Below, one piece after another: positions 46,223 through 56,795 of a stretch of DNA of 64,000 nucleotides. The translations under genes were made by a program, and so were the position numbers. Positions within the stretch are counted from its first letter, which is position 1; each line of letters starts with the position of its first letter. Origin of the DNA: Salinispira sp. (GTDB lineage: Bacteria; Spirochaetota; Spirochaetia; DSM-27196; Salinispiraceae); contig OZ271918.1 in assembly GCA_965602015.1 (NCBI GenBank), forward strand, positions 896,001 through 960,000, in the 5' to 3' direction. Below the pieces are notes generated by a model. The model worked only from the letters and a program-made list of their open reading frames with translations. It was not told the origin of the DNA and searched no databases.

Positions 46223-48235
46223 ATGCGAATAGCGTTAACCGGCAATCCGAACTGCGGAAAAACGACCCTGTTCAATGCCATCACCGGCAAGGTGGAACAT
46301 GTGGGCAACTGGCCCGGCGTCACCGTCGAAAAGAAGGAAGGCAGCGTAAAGGACGAACTGAACCCCGTCCGGATTCCTCTGACCGTCGTCGACCTTCCCG
46401 GCGCCTACTCCATGTCCGCCTACACCAGTGAAGAGTCCATAACCAGCGAGTTCGTTAACAACGAATCGCCGGATGTCATCGTCAACATAGTTGATGCGAC
46501 CAATCTGAACAGGAGCCTGTTTTTTACCACTCAGCTCCTGGAACTTGGCATCCCGGTGGTCGTCGCGGTGAATAAAAGCGATGTGAGCGCAAAACAAAAC
46601 ATCATTATCGATACCCAGCTCCTGAGCGAATCGCTGAGCTGTCCGGTAATCGAAACCGTTGCCACCAAGGGCAAAAACAACGGCCTGGGAGACCTCATCG
46701 AGGCGGTGGTCCTGGTGAAAAAAGAAGGGAATCGGCAAAAAGCCGTCGCCATACGCGGCGCCAAATCCGCCGACAGTGCAGAAAAAATGGAAGTCGTTGA
46801 CGCCCGGCGATACGATTTCGTTAACGATCTTGTCGAGCAGGCAGAGCGCCGCAAGATCGATTCGTCCAAGCAAACGGTGCAGGACCGCTTTGACCGCATC
46901 GTCGCTCATAAATGGCTGGGACTGCCGATTTTTGCCGGCGTCATCTACCTGGTATTTTCTATTTCCCAAACCTGGGTCGGGCCCTGGCTGGCTGATCTGC
47001 TGGTGGGTTGGATCGATTCGTTCTACGGCTTCGTTGAGGGCCTCATGGGCGATTCGGTCAGCCCCCTGTTAAGCGCACTGCTGCTGGACGGAATTATCGG
47101 CGGTGTCGGAGCGGTGGTCGGATTTCTGCCGCTCATAATGGTGCTCTTTTTTATGCTTGCCCTCCTCGAGGACTCGGGCTACATGAGCCGGGTAGCGGTG
47201 ATTATGGACCGCTTCTTCAAGCGGATCGGCCTATCGGGCAAGTCAATTATCCCGATGATCGTTTCAACCGGCTGCGCCATACCGGGCATCATGGCCACGC
47301 GAACCATCAAGAATGAACGGCAGCGCCGGACTACCGCCATGCTCGCTCCCTTTATGCCCTGCGGCGCAAAGCTGCCGATCATCGCACTGTTCGCCGGGGT
47401 GTTCTTCGGTGATCAGGCCTGGGTGGGAACATCCATGTATTTCCTGGCGATTTTTGTCATCGTCCTCAGCGGCCTCATTATCCGGAGAATCACCGGCGAT
47501 ACCTCCCAGTCATATTTTATTATGGAACTGCCTGAATACCGTCTGCCGAGCGTGAAGCGGGCTGCGGTATCCATGTTGTTTCGCGGAAAGGCATTTATCA
47601 TCAAGGCCGGTACGGTAATCCTTATCTGTAACGCCATTGTTCACATACTTCAAACGTTCACCTGGAGCTTTGCTCCGGTGGCCGAAGGCATGGCCGAGAC
47701 CAGCATCCTCGCCGGCCTTGCTTCCCCATTGGCCTTCCTGTTCATACCCCTTGGTTTCGGGCTCTGGCAGTTCGCCGCTGCGGCCATTACCGGCTTTATT
47801 GCTAAGGAAAATGTGGTGGGCACCCTTGCGGTAACCTTCGCGGTAACCAACTTCATAAACGTGGAGGAGCTGGCGCTGGTGGGCGGTTCTGCAGAAGTGC
47901 TGGGGGTATTCGGCATCGGCGCGGTTGCCGCCATGTCATACCTGGTGTTCAACCTCTTTACTCCTCCGTGTTTCGCCGCCATCGGATCGATGAACTCGGA
48001 AATGGAAGATCCGAAATGGGTCTGGGGGGCAGTGGGCTTCCAGCTGGGAATGGGCTACGTTCTTGCGTTCCTGGTGTATCAGATCGGCACCCTCATCAGC
48101 ACCGGTTCCCCGGGAAGCGGTTTTCTTCCCGGTCTGATTGCCGTAACCCTTATGGCCGGTCTTGTGGCGTATCTCATGCGACGCGGAAGCCGAAGCGTGA
48201 AACTTGAGCTGGCCAGCGTGGCGGCAGGAGAATAA
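46223..48235 (+). CDS. feoB: Ferrous iron transporter B
   Basis: GNPNCGKT, GNWPGVTVE, DLPG, NKSD, LEDSGYM, PFMPCGAKLP, MELPEY, AKENVV. Confidence 0.96.
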   Translation: MRIALTGNPNCGKTTLFNAITGKVEHVGNWPGVTVEKKEGSVKDELNPVRIPLTVVDLPGAYSMSAYTSEESITSEFVNNESPDVIVNIVDATNLNRSLFFTTQLLELGIPVVVAVNKSDVSAKQNIIIDTQLLSESLSCPVIETVATKGKNNGLGDLIEAVVLVKKEGNRQKAVAIRGAKSADSAEKMEVVDARRYDFVNDLVEQAERRKIDSSKQTVQDRFDRIVAHKWLGLPIFAGVIYLVFSISQTWVGPWLADLLVGWIDSFYGFVEGLMGDSVSPLLSALLLDGIIGGVGAVVGFLPLIMVLFFMLALLEDSGYMSRVAVIMDRFFKRIGLSGKSIIPMIVSTGCAIPGIMATRTIKNERQRRTTAMLAPFMPCGAKLPIIALFAGVFFGDQAWVGTSMYFLAIFVIVLSGLIIRRITGDTSQSYFIMELPEYRLPSVKRAAVSMLFRGKAFIIKAGTVILICNAIVHILQTFTWSFAPVAEGMAETSILAGLASPLAFLFIPLGFGLWQFAAAAITGFIAKENVVGTLAVTFAVTNFINVEELALVGGSAEVLGVFGIGAVAAMSYLVFNLFTPPCFAAIGSMNSEMEDPKWVWGAVGFQLGMGYVLAFLVYQIGTLISTGSPGSGFLPGLIAVTLMAGLVAYLMRRGSRSVKLELASVAAGE

Positions 48236-48236
48236 A

Positions 48237-48458
48237 ATGAGTGTGGCCGACCTGCTGGTGCTTTTGTTGATCGTTTCGTTACTCGCATCGGCGGGGTATA
48301 AGCTCTACCGCGATCGGCGTCGGGCCAGAGCGGCCGGTGGTGAAATGCTGCCCGTATGCGTCGGCTGCCCAATCGCGGCCCAGTGCCGGAAAGAAAACGC
48401 GAGCTGCGCCGATCATCACAAGCAAAAACCCGTGGCATCAAGCTTCTCATGTCATTAG
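48237..48458 (+). CDS. FeoB-associated Cys-rich membrane protein
   Basis: N-terminal TM helix followed by CVGCPIAAQC; directly after feoB. Confidence 0.7.
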   Translation: MSVADLLVLLLIVSLLASAGYKLYRDRRRARAAGGEMLPVCVGCPIAAQCRKENASCADHHKQKPVASSFSCH

Positions 48459-48505
48459 GTATTATGTAGGCATTCTTCATCAGGAGAAAGGCGTAAAAAA
48501 TGCAG

Positions 48506-48537
48506 AAACGAGAGGGTTTGCGCCCTCTCGTTTTTTT
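48506..48537 (+). terminator. Rho-independent terminator of the feo operon
   Basis: AAACGAGAGGG-TTTGCG-CCCTCTCGTTT hairpin followed by a T run. Confidence 0.85.
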
Positions 48538-48608
48538 CTTCCCTGTGGTACCGTTACTTCTGTGGCGGGCATGTAGTTGGCGTGGGTTAATTGAGGAGAG
48601 TAACGTCG

Positions 48609-48998
48609 ATGAACGACATCGGTGAATACAGCGAATCCATAGAAATGTATCTGGAAACCATACTCGACTTATCGAATGAGGACGCTGAAGTGCATTCAGT
48701 CGACGTTGCAAAAAAACTTGAGGTATCAAAGCCCAGCGTCAACCGGGCCTTGGGCATTCTCAAGGACGACGGGCTGATAAACCACGAGCGTTACGGCAGC
48801 ATCACCTTGACCGAGGACGGGCGGGCGGTAGCCGAGGATGTAAGGCAGCGTCATGATTACATTAAAGCTTTTTTAATTCAGTCGCTTAATCTCGATCCGG
48901 TTCTCGCCGAAAAGGATGCCTGCCGGATGGAGCATATCCTGTCTCCCGAAACCCTCAGAGCTATTAAGGCCCTTGTTAACCGGCGGCAGTCCAAATGA
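48609..48998 (+). CDS. Short DtxR/MntR-family metal-dependent regulator
   Basis: ESIEMYLETI, DVAKKLEVSKPSV, RHDYIKAFL, AEKDACRMEH. Confidence 0.9.
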   Translation: MNDIGEYSESIEMYLETILDLSNEDAEVHSVDVAKKLEVSKPSVNRALGILKDDGLINHERYGSITLTEDGRAVAEDVRQRHDYIKAFLIQSLNLDPVLAEKDACRMEHILSPETLRAIKALVNRRQSK

Positions 48999-49045
48999 CT
49001 GCGTTTTAGATCGTCAGATTTCTGCCGCCTATCCCCTCCAGACAA

Positions 49046-50107
49046 TCAGAATGCGTAAAAAACCTGTAGTTCGAAGGGTGTGAACATCGACTCATCCATC
49101 TTTTCTCCAAGAGAGAGAATACTCAAGCGTCCCCCGATCTGCACCAGGTCCAGGATGTTGAGGTACAGGGCCGCTCCGTGGCTGACTATTATGCCGCTGT
49201 AATCCGCATTCTCGTAATAGTAGCCGACGTCGGTGAACAGGAGGAAGCTGGGAGTAATAAACAGGAAAGCGATGGCCGGCGCCGTCAGTCCAAAACGGAT
49301 GTCAGTCCGGTTTGAGACAACGAAGGGGACGGCGAAACGGGGGGTTTCTATCCCCCGTACTCCGATATCCTTCGAAAGGCCTTCCTCTACCGGCGCGCTA
49401 CCGTACCACAAGTAGCGCATCCCGGTACTATTGGCCAGATATGAGGAAAAGATGTTGTTTCCCGCTTCGGGTTCCGCATTAAAAAGGGGGATATAGGCGT
49501 TTACCTGCAATGAACTGTGAACGTAATCCGCATAGGCATTTAGCGCCGATGGAGCATATTCAATTTCAGCCAGGGCTTCGACTCCCCGAATAACGCTGTA
49601 TGAGTTAGTTATGGCCTCATCATAGGTCAGGCTGAGCAGCAATGCGTGCTGCACAAAACTATCGGCTTCGGGAAGTCCCGCTTCCTGAATATATTTCCCG
49701 TCTAGATCTCCAAGGCCCGTAAAGTAATACCCCTGGTATTCAATGCCCGCTTCAAGAATGTCGTTGGCCTCATTCTTCGGAGGCAGAATTCCCTGGGCAA
49801 AACCACTTCGCCAGCTAATCTGAAGGCGATTGAACTCTGCCAATGACTCATCAAAATCAGAATCTCCCGGGAGGTAAAACGTGCCGTCCGGTCGGCGGTA
49901 ATACGAACTGTTGCCGTAGTTTACCTCGGTACCGATGAATACCCGGGAATCACGACCTTCGACGAGACCCAAACGGGCGAACCCAAGCTCAAGTTCCGCC
50001 GCCCAGAACTTTGACGGCGCTCCGGAAATGTAAAACTGAGGCTCGGAAACAAGCGATGCGCTTACGAAAAAAAACAGTACTGCGGTAAACAGAATGCGTT
50101 TGATCAT
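49046..50107 (-). CDS. Hypothetical outer-membrane beta-barrel protein (Omp85/surface-antigen-like C-terminus)
   Basis: Signal peptide; VRG motif (IGVRGIE), FTDVG, amphipathic strands, terminal Phe. Confidence 0.55.
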   Translation of the reverse strand: MIKRILFTAVLFFFVSASLVSEPQFYISGAPSKFWAAELELGFARLGLVEGRDSRVFIGTEVNYGNSSYYRRPDGTFYLPGDSDFDESLAEFNRLQISWRSGFAQGILPPKNEANDILEAGIEYQGYYFTGLGDLDGKYIQEAGLPEADSFVQHALLLSLTYDEAITNSYSVIRGVEALAEIEYAPSALNAYADYVHSSLQVNAYIPLFNAEPEAGNNIFSSYLANSTGMRYLWYGSAPVEEGLSKDIGVRGIETPRFAVPFVVSNRTDIRFGLTAPAIAFLFITPSFLLFTDVGYYYENADYSGIIVSHGAALYLNILDLVQIGGRLSILSLGEKMDESMFTPFELQVFYAF

Positions 50108-50211
50108 TATCGACTCTCCAAAGGTTGCGGGAATTAATACCGTTACTGGTATAGTGTACTACAGCTTTGGGCATTTGGGATGATACGCTGCCGTCTTCTG
50201 CCACGTACATG

Positions 50212-50784
50212 TTATTTCATCCTCGGCTTGAAAAGTTTCCACTTTTCTTCAGCTACTCCCTCATCCTGCATGAGTACTCTGGCCATGAGAAACAGGGTGT
50301 CGCTCAGGCGGTTTATGTATACCAGCATATACGGCATTACGCAGTTCGGATCAGCCTTTTTGAGGCTGATTACCCGTCGTTCTGCCCGACGGACGGCGGT
50401 TCGTACTACATGGCATTGTGCGGAAGCGACATTGCCGCCGGGCAGGAGAAACCAGTCCGATGCCTCATCCAGGGATTTTTCAAGCTCAAAACTCCACATT
50501 TCCAGGTAGCGCGGACCGTCCTGAGGGTGGGGCCGCGTATTAGTCCCCGACATGTCTCCCGGAGTTGCAAGATGGGACATAATTTCCATCATGTCCGTTT
50601 GGACCTTCTGAAGGCTCTCTTGCCATCTATGCTCCGGGCCAAGCCAGGCGCGAAGCAGGCCCAGGCCGCTGTTGAATTCATCTATTTCACCGAGACATTC
50701 GACCCGCACATCGTCCTTGTCTACCCGTAATCCGCCGCCCACGCCGGTCTGACCGGTATCGCCTTTTCCCGTCGATATATTCAT
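50212..50784 (-). CDS. pduO: ATP:cob(I)alamin adenosyltransferase, PduO type
   Basis: ISTGKGDTGQT, GEIDEFNS, FLLPGG, RTAVRRAER, YINRLSD. Confidence 0.92.
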   Translation of the reverse strand: MNISTGKGDTGQTGVGGGLRVDKDDVRVECLGEIDEFNSGLGLLRAWLGPEHRWQESLQKVQTDMMEIMSHLATPGDMSGTNTRPHPQDGPRYLEMWSFELEKSLDEASDWFLLPGGNVASAQCHVVRTAVRRAERRVISLKKADPNCVMPYMLVYINRLSDTLFLMARVLMQDEGVAEEKWKLFKPRMK

Positions 50785-50889
50785 GCGTTTAGCATATGAA
50801 TGGAAAGGGAAAATGTCACTAGCTGCGGAAATTGCTTGAGGCCTTGATTGACAGAGAGGATGCTTGGGACTACGATGAACTCCTCATAG

Positions 50890-51078
50890 CATACGGTTTC
50901 CATCCGGTCCCTTAGGACCGAATGGACGAAGAGGGAAGCAGGTGCAATTCCTGCGCGGTCCCGCCACTGTGATAGAGGTTAGAATGCCCCTCCGCGGTCA
51001 CCCCGCGGCGGCACGCCACTGAGGCCAGGTCCTCGGGAAGGCGGCATTCCTGATTCCTCTCAGCCAGGAGACCTGCCG
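50890..51078 (+). ncRNA. Cobalamin riboswitch
   Basis: AGGGAAGCAGGTGCAATTCCTGCGCGGTCCCGCCACTGT, GCCACTG...GGGAAGG and B12 box AGCCAGGAGACCTGCC upstream of btuF; ends approximate. Confidence 0.95.
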
Positions 51079-51180
51079 GATGATATGCCCAACGGGACCA
51101 CGGTGTATGGTTCCAGGGCCGGATCGCTTGTACCCACTGCATTCCGCCCAAAACCCATCTCATTTTAAAAGGATGCTGCC

Positions 51181-52107
51181 GTGAAACGAGCACTTTCCTT
51201 CATTCTCATCCTAGTTCTGCCTCTGGCCATATTTGCCGGAGGTACAAGTGAACCGGCTGCCGGCGCTGAGCCGGCTGTTGTCGAAGCTCCGTATCAGGTC
51301 GATATTGTCGATTCCTATGACAGGGCAATCAGTTTAACCGAGGTCCCGCTCAGGGTCATTTCCGTCGCTCCGAGCATCACGGAGTTCGTGTATGCCCTCG
51401 GCGCAGGGGACCGCCTGATCGGTCGCACGGATTTCTGCAATTATCCGGAAGCTGTCAGCTCGGTGGAGAGCATCGGGTCGCTGCGCGAGCCTAATCTCGA
51501 GCGAATCGTGGAACTCAACCCCGACGTGGTTCTGGTATCGACCCACTTCACTCGTGACAATCTGAATACCCTCGAAGACCTGGGAATTACCGTCGTGTCG
51601 CTGTACAACGAAGCGAGTTTCGACGGTGTGTACGGATTAGCCCAAACCCTGGGCGAGATTCTCGACACCGAAGAGACCGCAGCAGTCCTGGTCACCGAAA
51701 TGCAGGATACTGTGGCTCGGGTAACCGAACGCATCGCAACGGTCGATGAGCGCCCGAAAGTGTACTACGTGGTCGGCTTTGGGCAATACGGCGATTTCAC
51801 CGCCGGCGGAGATACCTTTATCGGCGAAATGATTGAAATGGCCGGTGGAAACAATATTGCATCAGAGCTGGAAGGCTGGTCATATAGTTTCGAGAAGATC
51901 GTGGAAAATGATCCTGAAATCATTATTTGTTCGGAATTTTATGATACGCCTGCTTCGCTGCAAACCGCCGAAGGCTACCGTGAACTGAACGCCATTAGAA
52001 ACGGCAATCTCCGTCCTCTGAACAATAACCTCATTGACCGGCAGGGTCCACGGCTGGCTGACGGTCTGCTGGCTTTGGCTAGCGCTATCCACCCAGATCT
52101 GTTTTAG
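51181..52107 (+). CDS. btuF: Cobalamin ABC transporter binding protein
   Basis: RVISVAPSITE, GRTDFCNYP, PNLERIVELNPD, RQGPRL; downstream of the riboswitch. Confidence 0.88.
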   Translation: MKRALSFILILVLPLAIFAGGTSEPAAGAEPAVVEAPYQVDIVDSYDRAISLTEVPLRVISVAPSITEFVYALGAGDRLIGRTDFCNYPEAVSSVESIGSLREPNLERIVELNPDVVLVSTHFTRDNLNTLEDLGITVVSLYNEASFDGVYGLAQTLGEILDTEETAAVLVTEMQDTVARVTERIATVDERPKVYYVVGFGQYGDFTAGGDTFIGEMIEMAGGNNIASELEGWSYSFEKIVENDPEIIICSEFYDTPASLQTAEGYRELNAIRNGNLRPLNNNLIDRQGPRLADGLLALASAIHPDLF

Positions 52108-52115
52108 GGTAGCGG

Positions 52116-53132
52116 GTGCGAAAGACTTCATCTCTGTTTGTAGTACTCTCGGCGGCGATTCCCATCGCCGCCCTGATATCTGTGACTGTGGGGACAGCTG
52201 ACATTTCCGTAGCGGACACCCTTCGGGTCCTCGCCGCTTCAACGGGTTTGGGAAGTTTTGAAGGCATTGCCGATAGTTCCCGAATTATTATTGTAAATCT
52301 CCGGCTTCCGCGCATTATTCTGGCCCTGAGTTCAGGTGCCAGTTTGGCGGCGGCCGGTGCGGTGTTACAAGGAGTCTTTCTCAATCCCATGGCTGATCCA
52401 TATGTCATGGGTATTTCTTCTGGAGCTGCGTTCGCAGTGGCCATCGGAATCATTCTGGGAACATCCAGTCAGTTGGCGCTCCAGGCATTCGCCCTCATAG
52501 GATCGGCAGGGGCAATGGTATTGGTCCTCGTGGTCGCCGGTTTGGCGAGCAGAAGGGGGGAGTCTACCGGTATGCTCCTGGCGGGAATCGCCATTTCAGT
52601 AATGCTGTCATCCGGAGTGTCCCTCATCATGTATATGAATCATGAACAGGCTGAAAGAATTATCTTCTGGACTTTCGGAAGCCTCAGCTCGTCCGGCTGG
52701 GGAAAACTGTCATCAGCCCTGGGCTTTCAGATTGCCGGTCTGGCTCTCATTCTTCTGCAGTGGCGGGACGTGAACATGTTATCCCAAGGAGACGAAAGCG
52801 CCCGCTCCCTCGGGCTGGTGCCCGGACGGGCACGGGTGCGTCTGCTGCTGTCGGCGTCCTTCGTAACCGCAATTACTGTTTCGGTTACGGGTATCATCGG
52901 ATTTGCTGGTCTTATGGTGCCTCATGTTTTCCGGATGCTCAGCGGTCCCGACCATCGCAGCCTTCTACCGCTATCAGTTTTGGGCGGCGCTCTCTTTCTG
53001 ATGCTCGCAGATATGTTTGGCCGGGTACTGCTCTCGCCGGCGGAACTTCCCGTCGGTGTAATCACCTCCATGCTCGGTGCACCATATCTGCTGTATATTC
53101 TGATAAGCCGACGACGGGGGGATGTTCGATGA
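52116..53132 (+). CDS. btuC: Cobalamin ABC permease (FecCD family)
   Basis: LRLPR, NPMADPYVMGISSGA, GIIGFAGLMVPH, ELPVG. Confidence 0.9.
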   Translation: MRKTSSLFVVLSAAIPIAALISVTVGTADISVADTLRVLAASTGLGSFEGIADSSRIIIVNLRLPRIILALSSGASLAAAGAVLQGVFLNPMADPYVMGISSGAAFAVAIGIILGTSSQLALQAFALIGSAGAMVLVLVVAGLASRRGESTGMLLAGIAISVMLSSGVSLIMYMNHEQAERIIFWTFGSLSSSGWGKLSSALGFQIAGLALILLQWRDVNMLSQGDESARSLGLVPGRARVRLLLSASFVTAITVSVTGIIGFAGLMVPHVFRMLSGPDHRSLLPLSVLGGALFLMLADMFGRVLLSPAELPVGVITSMLGAPYLLYILISRRRGDVR

Positions 53133-53938
53133 ATTCCCTGAGCCTTCGCGGATTACAGTATGCCTATGCCTCCGACGCTGTCGCGGCTTTCTGCCTGGAA
53201 GACATCTCATTAAATATCACCGGCGGCATGCGGGTGGGAATTATCGGTCCCAATGGATCGGGCAAAAGCACGATCATTCGCCTTCTGCTAAAAATCATCA
53301 GTCCGCCGGAAGATATGGTGTTTTATGATGAGCAGGACATCACCGCGATACCGCAAAAGACCCTGGCCCGAATGGTCTCATATGTGCCTCAAATGGCAAA
53401 TGGTCATTACGCCTATGCCGCTGAGGATGTCATTGCCATGGGCCGTTATCCCCACGGTCGGCAGCTGTTTTACCGGCCGGGGGAGGCAGACCGGGAAATC
53501 GTCGAGGATATTATCGAGCGGCTGGACCTCGCGCATCTGAGACATCGTGCGGTCACCACCTTGAGCGGAGGAGAGTATCAGCGAGTCCTGCTGGGCCGGG
53601 CCTTTGCCCAACAGACTCCGCTGATTCTGTTGGACGAACCCACCAATCATCTTGATATGCGCCACCAATTAACTCTCCTGCACATGATTACCGAAGAACA
53701 GCGCCGGCGAAGGCTGACAGTTATATCTGTATTTCATGACATCAATCTGGCCTTGGGATTTGCCCACCGTCTCCTCCTCCTGGACCGGGGCCGAATGGCT
53801 GCCTGGGCCACCCCGTCGGAACTGGCCGCATCACCCTTACTTGAAGAGGTGTACCGCCTTTCATTCCGCAGGCTGAATAATCCCTTCAACGACGCCCCCC
53901 ACCTGGTTGCGGGGTCGGTCCACGCGGGAGAATTCTGA
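53129..53938 (+). CDS. btuD: Cobalamin ABC ATPase
   Basis: GPNGSGKST, LSGGEYQR, LDEPTNHLD; ATGA overlap with btuC. Confidence 0.9.
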   Translation: MNSLSLRGLQYAYASDAVAAFCLEDISLNITGGMRVGIIGPNGSGKSTIIRLLLKIISPPEDMVFYDEQDITAIPQKTLARMVSYVPQMANGHYAYAAEDVIAMGRYPHGRQLFYRPGEADREIVEDIIERLDLAHLRHRAVTTLSGGEYQRVLLGRAFAQQTPLILLDEPTNHLDMRHQLTLLHMITEEQRRRRLTVISVFHDINLALGFAHRLLLLDRGRMAAWATPSELAASPLLEEVYRLSFRRLNNPFNDAPHLVAGSVHAGEF

Positions 53939-53939
53939 A

Positions 53940-56795
53940 ATGCACGGCGGAAACCCCGATAAAATTGCATCGGAACTCGGCGTCGATCCACTATCACTTA
54001 GTGACCTCAGCGCATGCATTAATCCCCTCGGCTTTCCTTCCTGGACCCGGCAGCTTATCAGCCGTCATATTTCCCGGCTCAGCTGCTATCCCGACCCGGA
54101 ATACCCCGATCTGAAGCGCGCTGCCGCCCATTCTTGGTCCGTCGAGCCATTCCAGATCTGCGCTGGAAACGGCAGCTCCGAGCTCCTGCTCGCCGTGCTG
54201 CGAGCGAGATTCTCCCGCTACAGCGAGGGCGAGCTCATTGTCCCGGCTCCCGCCTATATTGATTACGAACGCAACGCCGACGCCCTGGAGATAGCCGTCC
54301 GGTGGGTGAATCTTCCGGAACCCGCGGACTTTTCTCCCCGCGATCCCGGTTTTTTATCTGAACTGTCCTCCCATATCCTCAACTCGCCGACGGGCAGCGC
54401 CGTCCTTATTACCAATCCGGTGAATCCCGCCGGAGTCTGTTACCGCAGGCAGGACATTATGTCGCTAACGAGCCTTCGCTCCGATGTCCAGATTATCGTG
54501 GACGAGGCGTATAGTGACTTTGTGCTCGAAGGCGAGGATAGCCGATGCCCGGGGTTTCCCGATCCCGAAACGACCCCAAACTTGGTTCGGATAAAAAGCA
54601 TGACAAAGATATATGCAGTTCCGGGACTGCGTTTGGGGTTTTGCATCGGCGCCGCCGATGGTATTCAAAAAATAGACCGTCAGCTGCCGAGCTGGAACGT
54701 CGGCTCCCTTGCCGCGGCCTGCGGCGTACGGCTACTTGCCGACACTGCACATCGGGAACAGACCCTGGATTTCATTGCGCGAGAGCGAAAAGGGCTTTGT
54801 ACAGCCCTTAACTCGATTTCCCGTATCCGCCTCATCCCTTCGGAAGCGAATTTCCTCCTTTTTTATGTCGAAGATGACAGACTGGAAGCCTCCCGGCCCG
54901 GGGATCTGTTCTATACCTACATGATTAATCGGGGCCTGCTGCTTCGCCGCTGCGACGATTACCGGAACCTCGGTCCCCAATGGTTCCGCCTTGGTATTTC
55001 TACACATGAGGTAAACCGTCGGTTCATACAAGCCCTCCATGAGTGGGCCGGGACGTTGCCCCAGGCAACAGCTCGGGGATCGGCCTCCGATCCGGCCTCC
55101 GATCCGGCCTCCGATCCGGCTTCCGATCCGGCTTCCGATCCGGCTTCCGATCCGGCCTCCGATCCGGCCTCCGGGACCGCTGAACCGACTAATACACGCC
55201 GGCGCGTCCCGGCAATTATGTTCCAAGGAACCGGCTCTAATGCCGGAAAGAGCTTAATGACCGCCGCCTTTCTTCGCTGCCTAAAACGTCGGGGTATACG
55301 CTGCGCACCGTTCAAGGCACAGAATATGTCCCTCAATTCAATGGTCACCCTTGACGGCGGTGAGATCGGCCGGGCGCAGGCCTTGCAAGCCCGGGCAGCA
55401 GGTATTGAACCACATGTCGAGATGAATCCGGTGCTTTTGAAACCGAACTCAGAGACCGGTTCCCAGGTAGTGGTTTTGGGTAAACCCTGGCGAAATTTTG
55501 AGGCGTCGGATTATTACGAGCAAAAAAATCGCCTTCGGCAGACCGTTTTCCAGGCCTATGACCGATTGGCAGAGAAGTATGAGTTCATCGTGCTTGAAGG
55601 TGCCGGGTCTCCGGGAGAGGTGAATCTCAAAAAGGCAGATATCGTGAACATGGCCATGGCCCGCCATGCGCGCAGCCCGGTGGTCCTCGTTGGCGACATA
55701 GACCGAGGCGGAGTCTACGCATCCTTTATCGGCCATATGGAGGTAATGGAAGAATGGGAACGGGAACTTACCGCTGGATTCCTGGTAAACCGCTTCCGGG
55801 GCGACGAAAGGCTGTTGACAGATGCCCATAAGTACCTGTACGAAAGCACCGGGCTTCCGGTACTGGGTACCATGCCTTATGTGGCAGACCATCGACTACC
55901 CGAGGAAGATGGGGTGGATTTCGACCTGCGGTACCGGCGGGAAGGCGGAGCCTCTGCTCCTGCTTCAGAGCAAAGGGACGGTGGACGGGATACTACGATG
56001 AGGATTGCAGTAATAGCACTGCGGCATATATCAAATTCCACCGATATTGACCCGCTGCTTGATGTGGAAAACCTGGATCTACGATTGGTCACTTCCGGAC
56101 AAGAGCTAAGTGATTTTGACCCAAACCTTATTATCATTCCCGGTTCAAAGAACGTAATCGCCGATTTCCGTATTCTTGAGGCATCCGGCTTGGCCCAAGC
56201 GATCAAGCGACTGGTTGAGTCCCACAGCGCCGCTGTTCTGGGAATTTGCGGGGGCTTTCAGATGCTGGGTGATCGAATCTCTGATCCGGGAGGTGTTGAA
56301 ATGGATCCGGGAGAGAGCTGTTCTGCCCTGGGTATACTGCCCCTTCGCACGGTTCTCCAGGAAGATAAGACCACGCTGTTGCGAAAAACCCGCCTGGCTG
56401 CAGGCGGCGAGGCCATTGAGGGCTATGAGATCCACCATGGAAAAAGCGAATACCCCTATTCATTAGAGCTTTTTGATGACCCGGGGCTGGGGGCAAGGCA
56501 AAAATGCGTCTGGGGCACCTACCTGCACGGAATTCTTGAGAACCGGGGCTTCCTTAATGAACTGATCAGCTCGGCACGAGGTCTCAGGCCGAATGATTTC
56601 GCCGGTAATGAATCCCATAGCAGTTTCGGCCCCGGGGAGCCGGGAGATCGTCCTTTAGAGCCGGGCAACCGCGAGAACTCCCAGAGCTCGGCCGGACTCG
56701 AAGCAGCCCTGGAGCGATTTTCCCTGATTTTCGAAGAGCACGTCGACGTGGATGCCCTGCTGGCCATCAGCGGGTACCGGGGAAAACCGTCATGA
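53940..56795 (+). CDS. cobQ: Fusion of threonine-phosphate decarboxylase (CobD) and cobyric acid synthase (CobQ/CbiP)
   Basis: N-terminal HGGN, DLSACINPLG, SMTKIYAVPGLRLG (PLP Lys); C-terminal FQGTGSNAGKS, PFKAQNMS, EGAGSPGE, GICGGFQMLG, GYEIH, GTYLHG. Confidence 0.92.
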   Translation: MHGGNPDKIASELGVDPLSLSDLSACINPLGFPSWTRQLISRHISRLSCYPDPEYPDLKRAAAHSWSVEPFQICAGNGSSELLLAVLRARFSRYSEGELIVPAPAYIDYERNADALEIAVRWVNLPEPADFSPRDPGFLSELSSHILNSPTGSAVLITNPVNPAGVCYRRQDIMSLTSLRSDVQIIVDEAYSDFVLEGEDSRCPGFPDPETTPNLVRIKSMTKIYAVPGLRLGFCIGAADGIQKIDRQLPSWNVGSLAAACGVRLLADTAHREQTLDFIARERKGLCTALNSISRIRLIPSEANFLLFYVEDDRLEASRPGDLFYTYMINRGLLLRRCDDYRNLGPQWFRLGISTHEVNRRFIQALHEWAGTLPQATARGSASDPASDPASDPASDPASDPASDPASDPASGTAEPTNTRRRVPAIMFQGTGSNAGKSLMTAAFLRCLKRRGIRCAPFKAQNMSLNSMVTLDGGEIGRAQALQARAAGIEPHVEMNPVLLKPNSETGSQVVVLGKPWRNFEASDYYEQKNRLRQTVFQAYDRLAEKYEFIVLEGAGSPGEVNLKKADIVNMAMARHARSPVVLVGDIDRGGVYASFIGHMEVMEEWERELTAGFLVNRFRGDERLLTDAHKYLYESTGLPVLGTMPYVADHRLPEEDGVDFDLRYRREGGASAPASEQRDGGRDTTMRIAVIALRHISNSTDIDPLLDVENLDLRLVTSGQELSDFDPNLIIIPGSKNVIADFRILEASGLAQAIKRLVESHSAAVLGICGGFQMLGDRISDPGGVEMDPGESCSALGILPLRTVLQEDKTTLLRKTRLAAGGEAIEGYEIHHGKSEYPYSLELFDDPGLGARQKCVWGTYLHGILENRGFLNELISSARGLRPNDFAGNESHSSFGPGEPGDRPLEPGNRENSQSSAGLEAALERFSLIFEEHVDVDALLAISGYRGKPS
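55083..55172 (+). repeat. 12-bp in-frame tandem repeat (GCYTCCGATCCG x7, Ala-Ser-Asp-Pro) in the CobD-CobQ linker
   Basis: Seven full copies plus a partial one, read directly from the sequence. Confidence 0.95.

Noticed and set aside
50912..51193. 93-aa minus-strand ORF
   Set aside because: Lies antisense to the cobalamin riboswitch, which explains the region.
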